Positions 37,043-46,754 of a stretch of DNA of 64,000 bases are shown here, piece by piece. The stretch lies in NCBI RefSeq assembly GCF_000142905.1, contig NW_013657644.1, forward strand, positions 300,826 through 364,825. Reading direction: 5' to 3'. Every line of letters begins with the position of its first letter. The stretch's first letter is position 1. The translations under genes were made by a program, and so were the position numbers. The stretch is from Thecamonas trahens ATCC 50062. Taxonomy: Eukaryota; Protista; Apusomonadida. Under the pieces are notes generated by a model. It saw nothing but the letters and a program-made list of their open reading frames with translations, did no database searches and was not told the origin of the DNA.

Positions 37043-37260
37043 ATGTTGGTTTGGGCGTGGGCGGGGAGATGGGCAGGAGGTGAGGAGAGGGCGGGGGTGG
37101 GTGGGGGGGGGGGGGGGGTGGGATGCAGAACACTTATGGGAAAATGGATCGGTGTGACTGTGTGTGTGTGTATGGATGGGTATGCGATTGGATGTATGTG
37201 TATGGTGTTGTGGAACTGCTTGTGTGTGTGTGGGGTGGGGGGGGGGAGGGGAGGTAGGCA

Positions 37261-38363
37261 ATGAGCCAGCAAGTGGTGGTCCGGCTGGATCCGCATGAGG
37301 ATCTGCGGATGCTGCAAGATCTGTACGATGAGATGTGGCTGTCCAAGGCCGACTACCTCCGACTCAAGCACACTATTCTCGATCGGTGCTGTGGGCCCGG
37401 GACAGAGTACTTTTCCATGGTCCAGGTGTTTGGCAAGAAGAAGAGCGCCGATGACGGTCTTGGGACGGGCAAGCCGTACTGCCACCGCAAGCGTGGCCCG
37501 CGCGGTCCGCAGCGGTGCTCGGTGTGCCACGGGCTTCGAAGAACCATGTGTGTTTGGGAAAGCCGTGTCCATCAGCCGAGGTGTGCGGCGTGGAGCGGCT
37601 GCACAGCGTGCCGAAGCGCGGCAAGCGATCGGCGAGCAAGGCGAAGCAGGCGAAGCGGAGTAAGGGCAAGAGCAGCAGCAGCACGAGCTCTGCGAGCAGT
37701 GGCAGTGATGTTGCGAGCAGCAGGCAGCATGCAGGAGCCGGGCAGTGTGACGGAAGACCAACGATGATGGAGATGGAGGAGACGGTGTTTGAAGTGGCGG
37801 CGTCTCCGTCGCCGCCTAGGCCGGCGCGCAAAAAGGCCAAGAACATGGAGGGAATGGCTGCGGGTGTGGGTGCGACACCGATGACACCGCGGACGCCGCG
37901 GCGGTCGCGGACGATGACGCTGCCGCGGTCACCGGCGACGCCGCTGGGTGGGCTGGCAAGTGGAGCGGGGATGTCCAAGGGCCGGACGCCGGGGTCGTCG
38001 AGCCGGAAGCGGGCGCGGGCGCTCGCGGCCGACTACGAGTCCGAGTACGACGAGTACGACGAGTACGAGGACGGCTGTGAAGCTGGGCCCTCTGTGAGCC
38101 AGGCAGACATCCATGCCAAGCTTGCGCAGTTCCGGACCGCGCTCTGGACGCCGTGTCCGGGCGTGTATGAGGGCCGGGCCGTGACGATGGTGGGTGGCGA
38201 GATCCAAGCCAATTCGCTGTTTGTGCGGCTCGACACGGGCGAGCTGGTGGATCTGTTCTCCGTCCAGCCCGACGGACTCTCTGCACCAGCTTTGGCCAAC
38301 GCCAAGCTTGTGGATGAGTACATTGCATGGGTTGTGGCGCTGCGGAGCGCGTTTGCACGGTGA
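37261..38363 (+). CDS. Hypothetical nuclear protein: SHOCT-like N-terminus, Cys/His zinc-binding motif, S/TP-rich basic region; apparent frameshift at ~37540
   Basis: DLRMLQDLYDEMWLSKADYLRLKHTIL is SHOCT-like. Adding one A at 37539-37540 gives CSVCHGLRKNHVCLGKPCPSAEVCGVERLH and joins ORFs 37261 and 37515. Confidence 0.65.
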
Positions 38364-38400
38364 TGACCGACTGCGCCGCGCGGTAGAGTAAATGACAAGG

Positions 38401-40743
38401 CTACGGCTCGGGTTCGAGCGCGCTGGGGCGGGAGCGAGAGCGGCGGGCGTCGAAATCGTCTGCGGCGGAGTTGAGGGCGTCGATGACGTTCCACGGCATG
38501 TGGTCCGCGATCATCATGGGCGAGACGACGATGGTGTCAAAGTCTTCCGGGTCTGTGACCTCGACCATGGTGTAGTTCCAGATGTGGCCGCAGGCGCGGC
38601 CGCAGCAGCGCGGGCGCGGGTTGGGCAGCTGGACGATGTGGACGAGGCGGCCTGGCGGGAGGAAGGGTGGCGGGGCGACGGAGTGGGCGGCCGAGGCTGC
38701 GGTGGCGGCTTTCCAGTCAGCGTAAAGCTCGCGGGTCTCAGCCGGCCAGCCGTGCGTGGTGCCGGATGCGTCAAGGAGGGCGGCAGCGGCAGAGGCCGGT
38801 GTGCAAAGGGCGGCGTACTTGGGTTTGCGCGAGCGGAACAGGTTCTCGGCAAGCTCTTCGCGAAGGATGTGGCCGGTGAGCTCGGAGAGGCGTGGGACGC
38901 AGTCCTTGCCGAGGACGGCGGTGGTGACAAAGGGCGCGACGCGTGCGGCAAACTCTGGTGAGCCGACGGCCGGGGTCGAGTACGCGAGGCAGCGGACGCG
39001 CGGGAGGAGCGGGCGGAGGAGGCAGGCGAGGAGGACGGCTGTGCCTGCGCCGAGCGAATGGCCGGTGACGACGACGTCAAAGTGGGCGTAGGCGCCGCCG
39101 AGCTGGAGCTGCTTGCGGAGCGAGTTGAGCAAGCCGCGCGAGACGAGGTCGGCGCGGATCCACTTGGCGGAGCGGACCATGCCGACGTGGGCGTAGAGGC
39201 TATCGTCGGGCGAGGCCTCGCCGCAGCCGCGGACGGGAGCGGCAGTCTCGACGCCTTCGGCCTGTTCTGACGCCTCGTTGTCCGAGTCTGAGCGCGACCA
39301 AATGGAGGACGAGTCGTTAAAGTCGTCGAGCGCGTCCTGGTCCGAGCCTGCGCGCGAGGGCGGGCCCGAGGTCTGGGTATCCTGCGAAAAGTTGACCGAG
39401 GCGGCGAGGGCGGACGAGGGCGGGACGAACCACTCGTCAGGGTCGAGCGGCATGGCAAAGGCGGTGACGTCGGTAAAGACGTCGTCGAGAGAGAGGGTGC
39501 CGCGGATGGAGATGACGATGGCACACTTGGCGTGGTCAACAGCGACAAGGTAGTTGGGCTGGTACACGCAGTTGTCGTAGTTGGAGTACAAGATTTGGAC
39601 GCGGTCGGCAGGCGTGGACGGCGGGAGGCGCTCGGTAAGGAAGCGGCGAACAGCGTGAAGGTTGTAGGCGCAGCAGTTGTCGCCGACCGAGACCGGCGAC
39701 GGGGCCATGGGCTCGTGGTAGGCGTAGGGGTCAGCGCAGCACGGATCGCAGCAGACGCAGGCTGCGACGGTCAGCGGCGAGCAGGCGACGCAGAGTTTGG
39801 TCTGGGCAAAGAGCGGCCAGCCGTAGACAGCCAGCGCGTAGGTGCCAAAGTAGGCGAGGTCTGCGACGAGGTCTGCGTCGCGCGGCGAGTGAACGTCGAG
39901 CTCGGCGGCCGAGGGCAGAAAGTGATGCGAGCGGAGGCGGTCGCCGCCCGGGCGCACGCCGTCGCGGGCGCGGGCACGAGCGGCAGCGTCCTTGTGGGCG
40001 GCGTGGGTGAGCTTGAGCCCAGCGAGGATGTCCGAGTGGACAACGTCGGCGTCTTGGAACATGCGGGAGAAGAGCACGGCAGCGTCAGCGAGAACCAGAT
40101 CCCTGTCGCCGTCAAAGTCGACGCAGCCGACGCAGGCGAGCGCTGAGAGCCGCGAGCGATTAGCAGCAATGTAGTCGGGCGAGGTGCGATAGGCGCGGAG
40201 GTCATGCAAATCAGTGCGATGGCCACCAACCCACGAGTAGGCAGCCAGGAGGGCGAGAGCATCGACCACCAGACCGAACCAAGCAAGGACGACAGCAGCG
40301 CGGATAGAGGCCGGAGCGCATCCATCAAGAGCGGCGCGGCCGGTGGTGGTCCAGTACGTCCCGATGCAAGTCCATACGAGGTGGATAAGCTTGAGGAGAG
40401 CGACGAGAGCGGCAGCCGGGAGTACGCCCTTGCGAGCCGCTGGGTTCATGGGCGTGCCACGGGCAGCGAGGAAGGCTGTGACAGCAGCAGCCATAGCAGC
40501 AGCCAGAGCCAGAGCCAGAGCACCATATACAAAGGTATGGAGGAGCCATAACTTGCCCGCAGCAGCGGTAGACGCTGCTGTGCGACATGCTGTGTCGGCC
40601 GAGGGACCAGGAGCAAGGCGGGCAGTGGCGGCAGCATAGATGCAGGCGGCAAGGACAGAGGAGACCAGAGAGGCAAGGGCAGGGACAAGGAGGTCATCAC
40701 TGGCCAGAGACCATCTCCGTCCACATGCAACCAGGGCAGGCAT
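38401..40743 (-). CDS. DAGL: sn1-specific diacylglycerol lipase (DAGL alpha/beta family, lipase class 3)
   Basis: N-terminus MPALVACGRRWSLASDDL (DAGL: MPG.V.F.RRW..ASDDL), 4 TMs, DVVHSDILAGL, GDNCC, VISIRGTLSLDD, HVGM, TGHSLGAG, DCVPRL, DHMP. Confidence 0.92.
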   Translation of the reverse strand: MPALVACGRRWSLASDDLLVPALASLVSSVLAACIYAAATARLAPGPSADTACRTAASTAAAGKLWLLHTFVYGALALALAAAMAAAVTAFLAARGTPMNPAARKGVLPAAALVALLKLIHLVWTCIGTYWTTTGRAALDGCAPASIRAAVVLAWFGLVVDALALLAAYSWVGGHRTDLHDLRAYRTSPDYIAANRSRLSALACVGCVDFDGDRDLVLADAAVLFSRMFQDADVVHSDILAGLKLTHAAHKDAAARARARDGVRPGGDRLRSHHFLPSAAELDVHSPRDADLVADLAYFGTYALAVYGWPLFAQTKLCVACSPLTVAACVCCDPCCADPYAYHEPMAPSPVSVGDNCCAYNLHAVRRFLTERLPPSTPADRVQILYSNYDNCVYQPNYLVAVDHAKCAIVISIRGTLSLDDVFTDVTAFAMPLDPDEWFVPPSSALAASVNFSQDTQTSGPPSRAGSDQDALDDFNDSSSIWSRSDSDNEASEQAEGVETAAPVRGCGEASPDDSLYAHVGMVRSAKWIRADLVSRGLLNSLRKQLQLGGAYAHFDVVVTGHSLGAGTAVLLACLLRPLLPRVRCLAYSTPAVGSPEFAARVAPFVTTAVLGKDCVPRLSELTGHILREELAENLFRSRKPKYAALCTPASAAAALLDASGTTHGWPAETRELYADWKAATAASAAHSVAPPPFLPPGRLVHIVQLPNPRPRCCGRACGHIWNYTMVEVTDPEDFDTIVVSPMMIADHMPWNVIDALNSAADDFDARRSRSRPSALEPEP

Positions 40744-41680
40744 TGGTGGTGGTGGTGGTGGTGCGAGTGGGGAGGAGAGGTGGGGGTGTGGGGGTGTGGG
40801 GGGCGGTGGTTGTGGGATCGGCTGGGCGGGCGGCCGGGNNNNNNNNNNNNNNNNNNNNNNNNNNNNNNNNNNNNNNNNNNNNNNNNNNNNNNNNNNNNNN
40901 NNNNNNNNNNNNNNNNNNNNNNNNNNNNNNNNNNNNNNNNNNNNNNNNNNNNNNNNNNNNNNNNNNNNNNNNNNNNNNNNNNNNNNNNNNNNNNNNNNNN
41001 NNNNNNNNNNNNNNNNNNNNNNNNNNNNNNNNNNNNNNNNNNNNNNNNNNNNNNNNNNNNNNNNNNNNNNNNNNNNNNNNNNNNNNNNNNNNNNNNNNNN
41101 NNNNNNNNNNNNNNNNNNNNNNNNNNNNNNNNNNNNNNNNNNNNNNNNNNNNNNNNNNNNNNNNNNNNNNNNNNNNNNNNNNNNNNNNNNNNNNNNNNNN
41201 NNNNNNNNNNNNNNNNNNNNNNNNNNNNNNNNNNNNNNNNNNNNNNNNNNNNNNNNNNNNNNNNNNNNNNNNNNNNNNNNNNNNNNNNNNNNNNNNNNNN
41301 NNNNNNNNNNNNNNNNNNNNNNNNNNNNNNNNNNNNNNNNNNNNNNNNNNNNNNNNNNNNNNNNNNNNNNNNNNNNNNNNNNNNNNNNNNNNNNNNNNNN
41401 NNNNNNNNNNNNNNNNNNNNNNNNNNNNNNNNNNNNNNNNNNNNNNNNNNNNNNNNNNNNNNNNNNNNNNNNNNNNNNNNNNNNNNNNNNNNNNNNNNNN
41501 NNNNNNNNNNNNNNNNNNNNNNNNNNNNNNNNNNNNNNNNNNNNNNNNNNNNNNNNNNNNNNNNNNNNNNNNNNNNNNNNNNNNNNNNNNNNNNNNNNNN
41601 NNNNNNNNNNNNNNNNNNNNNNNNNNNNNNNNNNNNNNNNNNNNNNNNNNNNNNNNNNNNNNNNNNNNNNNNNNNNNNNN

Positions 41681-41880
41681 TATGGGTATGTGTGATGGAT
41701 GGGTATGTGTGATGGATGGGTATGTGTGATGGATGGGTATGTGTGATGGATGGGTATGGGTATGTGTGATGGATGGGTATGTGTGATGGATGGGTATGGG
41801 TATGTGTGATGGATGGGTATGTGTGATGGATGGGTATGGGTATGTGTGATGGATGGGTATGTGTGATGGATGGGTATGTG
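41681..41880. repeat. 17/23-bp minisatellite (GGGTATGTGTGATGGAT)n abutting a gap
   Basis: About 10 tandem units; the array probably extends into gap 40839-41680. Confidence 0.9.
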
Positions 41881-42004
41881 TGCGGTGGTGATGGCCCGGT
41901 ACCCTGACCACTTCCCTTCCCCCCCCCCCCCCCCCCTCCCCCCCCTTTTTCGCACGCACCTGGCACCGGGAAAACTCCTCGCCCACCGCACTCACGCCAC
42001 CTCC

Positions 42005-42721
42005 ATGTCTTCCACGACGGTGTCATCGGCTGCCAAGTGCTCTGGATGCCTCTGCCCCGTGACGGGCAAGCAGGTCATGGCACTCGACGGGACATGGCAC
42101 CCAGCCTGCTTTGTGTGTACCACCTGTGGAGGGCCGTTCTCAAACGGCTCGTTTGTCCTCACGGCCACCACACAGCCGTCGTCATCGAACTCGCCCTGCA
42201 CAGCTGTTGATGCCGATGGTCGTCGCCCTGTTTGCAGAACATGTGCGTCGGGATCCGGGCCGGCTGTGTCCAAGGCTACTTTGGCCTCACCGGCAGAGCG
42301 CGCTGGATCGTACTGCCATGGATGCGGATCGCTGTTGGGCAAGGGCACGCTCGTCGCCACGCCGTCAGGCAAGTTCCACGCTGCCTGCTTTACCTGTGAT
42401 TCGTGCGCCATCGCGCTCACAGGCGACTACATGGTCTCCGAATCGGGCAGTCCGCTCTGTGGAAACTGCGCCGACATGATCCGTGGCGAGAGCGGCGAGG
42501 AGCCGGGAAGCCCATGCATGATCTGCGGTGAGAGCATTGTGGAGGGGACCATCGTCAAGGCCATGGGCGGCGTCATCCACGGCGCATGCTGGCGGTGCGC
42601 CTCCTGCGACGCGCCCATCACCGGCCAATTTGGCCGCGGCAAGGCCGGTACGGCCGTAGAGGGCAAGCCCATTTGTCCGCCGTGTGCCGGCCATCCGTCA
42701 CAGCTCCCAGCCGAGGCGTGA
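42005..42721 (+). CDS. Three-LIM-domain protein
   Basis: Three CxxC...HxxCxxCxxC...CxxC units (WHPACFVCTTC, FHAACFTCDSC, IHGACWRCASC). ATG at 42005. Confidence 0.92.
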   Translation: MSSTTVSSAAKCSGCLCPVTGKQVMALDGTWHPACFVCTTCGGPFSNGSFVLTATTQPSSSNSPCTAVDADGRRPVCRTCASGSGPAVSKATLASPAERAGSYCHGCGSLLGKGTLVATPSGKFHAACFTCDSCAIALTGDYMVSESGSPLCGNCADMIRGESGEEPGSPCMICGESIVEGTIVKAMGGVIHGACWRCASCDAPITGQFGRGKAGTAVEGKPICPPCAGHPSQLPAEA

Positions 42722-42746
42722 GGTGCGCCAGTAAAAAAACCGGCTA

Positions 42747-44104
42747 CTACACATCCGCGTACTCGGAGCCCGACGGGAGGAAGGAGAGATCAAGCTGGAG
42801 CGGCTCGACGTCGTCGCCAAACAGATCAGCGTAGTCGGTCGGCTGGAAGGTCGACGACGAGCGGAGCGCAGCGTTGCTCTGGGCACGCCGGCGGCCGGCA
42901 AGGTACAGCATCGTCTCCTCGTACGAGTACGGCATGACGCACGGCGGCGAGCCGATGCCGTCGTCGAGCTCAAAACCAAGTGGAAGGTATTGGTCGTCAC
43001 CTTGTTGCCGGTCGACGGGTCGATGACAATGGCGGCGACTCGGGCCTGGAGTGACTGCTCGTGGGTGTGGACGAGGAGCGACTTGAACTGCAGGACCGAG
43101 CCAATCTCGACCGGGTGGATGAACGAGATGTCCGAGACAGTGCGGAACTCGGGGCGCGCGCCCTTGCACGCCAGCAGCGCATCGGTGTACGCCAGCTCAA
43201 AGGCCTGGCGGACAAGGTAGCCGCCAAAAATCTTCGAGTGCACATTCTTCGACTGCGGCATGGTGAGCGTCGTCGAGTCGAGCGCCGTCGATGTCATGTC
43301 GGTCCAGTCGCGCGACGCGGCGTTCTCCTCCGCCGCCGTCCGCCGCGCCCACAGCTCATGAAGATGCTCCTGCTCGGCAGACGACGGTGGCTCGGCAATC
43401 AACGTCCGCTTCCGCCCACCGGCCTTGCGCCGCAGTCGCTTCAGCGCCGCAGCCTCGTTCCACTCGAGCTCGAGCGGTGACGACGGGATGAGCGCCGGGA
43501 CCCGAAAGGCCGAGCCGTCAGAGGTCGAGCGGCCAACCATGACAAATGAAGCAAGCATGAGCGGAATAGGCGGGCCGTCGGGTACCTCGTGGGTGACTTC
43601 GATGCGGACGTCCATCGACGACGAGCCGGCCCACACAACGCACCCGTGGATGGCAATGTCCTTGTCGAGCGCCACGTGATTGAGCAGATCGATGCGGTCG
43701 ATTGAGGCCGTAGCAAAGAACGCATCACGCTGCCCGTCGCCCTCGGTGTCGTACATCCCCATCCCAGCATGCGCATACGCCGCAGTCCCGGCCATTGCGT
43801 CCAGCAGCTCCAGCAGCTTGCCCACCCGCGGCGACCGCGCGTTCGGGTTGACATACTTGGCCTGCAGCGCAGGCGATGACGCGAACGGGAGATGGAACGA
43901 GACCCACGAGTCGCGCGGTGACCTAATCGTACGCCCAACACTTCCTGATGCCATACGCAGAGGCACTGCCTCTGTCAGCCGAGTACTTTCCGTCGTTGCG
44001 GGCGAGCGGTTGGGCGTCCGGCTGCCGCTGCTCGCGAGCAGCCTGTCAACGCCGACTCGGGCGGCAGTGCGGGCACTATGGGCTGCACAAGCGAGGCGAA
44101 GCAT
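42747..44104 (-). CDS. ACOT9: Mitochondrial acyl-CoA thioesterase 9-like (double hotdog); apparent frameshift at ~42973
   Basis: Arg/Ala-rich presequence. RVGKLLELLDAMAG, TASIDRI, VWAGSSSMDV, KNVHSKIFGGYLVRQAFELA, PVEIGS, TTNTFH. The -1 frame supplies PYSYEETMLYLAGRR (ACOT9 P.TY.E.MLYL.G.R). Confidence 0.9.
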
Positions 44105-44346
44105 AGGAAGACAATTGTGGGTGTGTGTGGGGGGTGTGGTGTGGGGTTGGGTGTGCTCTGTGGTGGTGGTGGTGAGGGGGTGCAGAGGTGCGGCGCCACG
44201 TGGCTGTGTCAAGCGTGGCGGAGCGCGTCATGAGGCACGATGTTGGGGAGGGCGGATGCGAGGGAGATACAAGGTCATTGGGTGTTAATCGCGGCGCGAG
44301 AGAACGATATGGGTCACAGAGGAAGATGAGGAGGAGGAAGAGGAGG

Positions 44347-45455
44347 TTACGATGACGATGACGAGTCAGCAGACGAAGACGCCGAGGAGGAGGCTGAGGC
44401 CGAGCCGTCGTCGCTGTTGTCGCCAGACTCGTCGGCGCCGCCGTCAGCAGTGTTGCTTGCGGCAGGCGCATCGCTTTCGGGAGCGTCGCTGGCGGGAGCG
44501 GAGGAGCCGGCAGAGCCGTCGTCGTCGGCATCGTCCTCAAAGGTGGCGTCGACAATCGAGTCGGAGCCGAGCGGCGGGCCGGTGGGGATTGTGGGCGGGG
44601 TGGGGATGTCAAAGAAGAACTCGAGAGCAAAGTCGGAAGGGTAGATTTTGTGCTTCTTGTCCTTGACGGCGTTGTCGATCTGTTTCTTCTCGCGGCGGAG
44701 GTAGCCGTTCTCGATGTACGAGGCGTGGAGCCAGACGGCAAAGGTCTTCTTGGAGCCGTCGTAGAAGACAATCTTGACGTCGCCGGTCATCGGGGCCGAG
44801 ATGTCCCAGTCGACAAGGAGGGCGTCCTCCTTCTTGAGCTTGGAGACCTTGACGGTAGGTGAGGTGTAGACCGGGTCGACGCCGTCGCGGAGAACGACAA
44901 AGTGCAGCGACTTGAAAGCCGGCAGGCCGTGCATGCGCAAGCGCTTGAGGAAGATGGTGACCTGCGAGCGCATGCCGCCTTCGTCGATGACCTTTTTGAA
45001 CAAGTGGACGTAGTACCGCTGCGAGGGAATGGTCACACCGTGGCCGTCACGGGTGCGAGCCATGGCGTAGTACGCCAGTGCGTCCTCGGGGTTCTCCCAC
45101 AGCCGCGAGTACATGAGGTATGCCGAGGAGCAGAGGCCAGTCCGACCCTTGCCGGCTTTGCAGTGGATGACGACCACGTTCTTCTCATCCTTGGCCAGCC
45201 ACTCCTCCACCTCTTTGCAAAAGTAGATGAGCCTCTCCAGCTGAATGGGGTTGTGATCATGAAAGGTAAAGTCCTTGCACACACGATCGTTAAAGTGGCT
45301 TGACGGGTAGTCCCTCTCCACACACAGGTTGAACACCAGATACGCATCCTTGTGCCGCTCGTTGAGGAAGGAGACCACATCAGACATCTTATTCCGGTAG
45401 ATCCCTTCCTTTCCCAGCGAAGGAAAGCCCATAGCCACCACACGCGACGTCACAT
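44347..45455 (-). CDS. PTEN: PTEN phosphatidylinositol 3-phosphatase (first exon lies in the gap)
   Basis: VAMGFPS..EGIYRN, VFNLC.ER.Y, FHDHNP, HCKAGKGRTG, GVTIPSQRYYV, C2 domain (GDVKIVF, IDNAVKDKKHKIYP), acidic Ser-rich tail. Acceptor TGTAG|AT at 45456/45455. Confidence 0.95.
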
Positions 45456-46754
45456 CTACATCCGATGGGAAGGATAGGGGGTGGAGGGGGGAGGGGGGGG
45501 GTGAGAGGGGGTGGGGGTGGGGAATGTGACGGGGAAGGGGGGAAGGGGGGGGGGCGGGGGGGAGGGTGTGTGTGTGTCGATANNNNNNNNNNNNNNNNNN
45601 NNNNNNNNNNNNNNNNNNNNNNNNNNNNNNNNNNNNNNNNNNNNNNNNNNNNNNNNNNNNNNNNNNNNNNNNNNNNNNNNNNNNNNNNNNNNNNNNNNNN
45701 NNNNNNNNNNNNNNNNNNNNNNNNNNNNNNNNNNNNNNNNNNNNNNNNNNNNNNNNNNNNNNNNNNNNNNNNNNNNNNNNNNNNNNNNNNNNNNNNNNNN
45801 NNNNNNNNNNNNNNNNNNNNNNNNNNNNNNNNNNNNNNNNNNNNNNNNNNNNNNNNNNNNNNNNNNNNNNNNNNNNNNNNNNNNNNNNNNNNNNNNNNNN
45901 NNNNNNNNNNNNNNNNNNNNNNNNNNNNNNNNNNNNNNNNNNNNNNNNNNNNNNNNNNNNNNNNNNNNNNNNNNNNNNNNNNNNNNNNNNNNNNNNNNNN
46001 NNNNNNNNNNNNNNNNNNNNNNNNNNNNNNNNNNNNNNNNNNNNNNNNNNNNNNNNNNNNNNNNNNNNNNNNNNNNNNNNNNNNNNNNNNNNNNNNNNNN
46101 NNNNNNNNNNNNNNNNNNNNNNNNNNNNNNNNNNNNNNNNNNNNNNNNNNNNNNNNNNNNNNNNNNNNNNNNNNNNNNNNNNNNNNNNNNNNNNNNNNNN
46201 NNNNNNNNNNNNNNNNNNNNNNNNNNNNNNNNNNNNNNNNNNNNNNNNNNNNNNNNNNNNNNNNNNNNNNNNNNNNNNNNNNNNNNNNNNNNNNNNNNNN
46301 NNNNNNNNNNNNNNNNNNNNNNNNNNNNNNNNNNNNNNNNNNNNNNNNNNNNNNNNNNNNNNNNNNNNNNNNNNNNNNNNNNNNNNNNNNNNNNNNNNNN
46401 NNNNNNNNNNNNNNNNNNNNNNNNNNNNNNNNNNNNNNNNNNNNNNNNNNNNNNNNNNNNNTAACCGTAACCACGTACCAGGTAACCCCCCCGACCCCCC
46501 CCGCCCCCCCCCCTCCCTCCCCTCCCCCCTTCCTATTTCCTTCCTCTCTCGTCATCATCCGGCCTTCCTGATCCTCGACTACCTCCCTTCCTCATCCGCC
46601 TTGACCGATGAACCGCCGCCGTAGCTCCAAGCGGTCGTTGGCGTGGCAGTTGCGGTTGGGCGGCAGCCGTTGGCCACCGACTGCTACCCGGCCAACGTGT
46701 TACACTCGCACTCTTGGGAGAAGCACACGTGACTGACTACCCACTGTGAAGGAC

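Noticed and set aside
41681-41880. 17/23-bp repeats as a CRISPR array or a His/Pro-rich coding region
   Set aside because: This is a spacerless minisatellite; the ORFs through it are artefacts of reading across Ns.
27301-42980. Tiny GT-AG introns (8-20 nt) as the explanation of the frameshifts
   Set aside because: Such GT..AG pairs exist (27301-27320, ~37522-37541, ~42969-42976) but have poor donors, and two would delete conserved residues; single-base restoration fits better.
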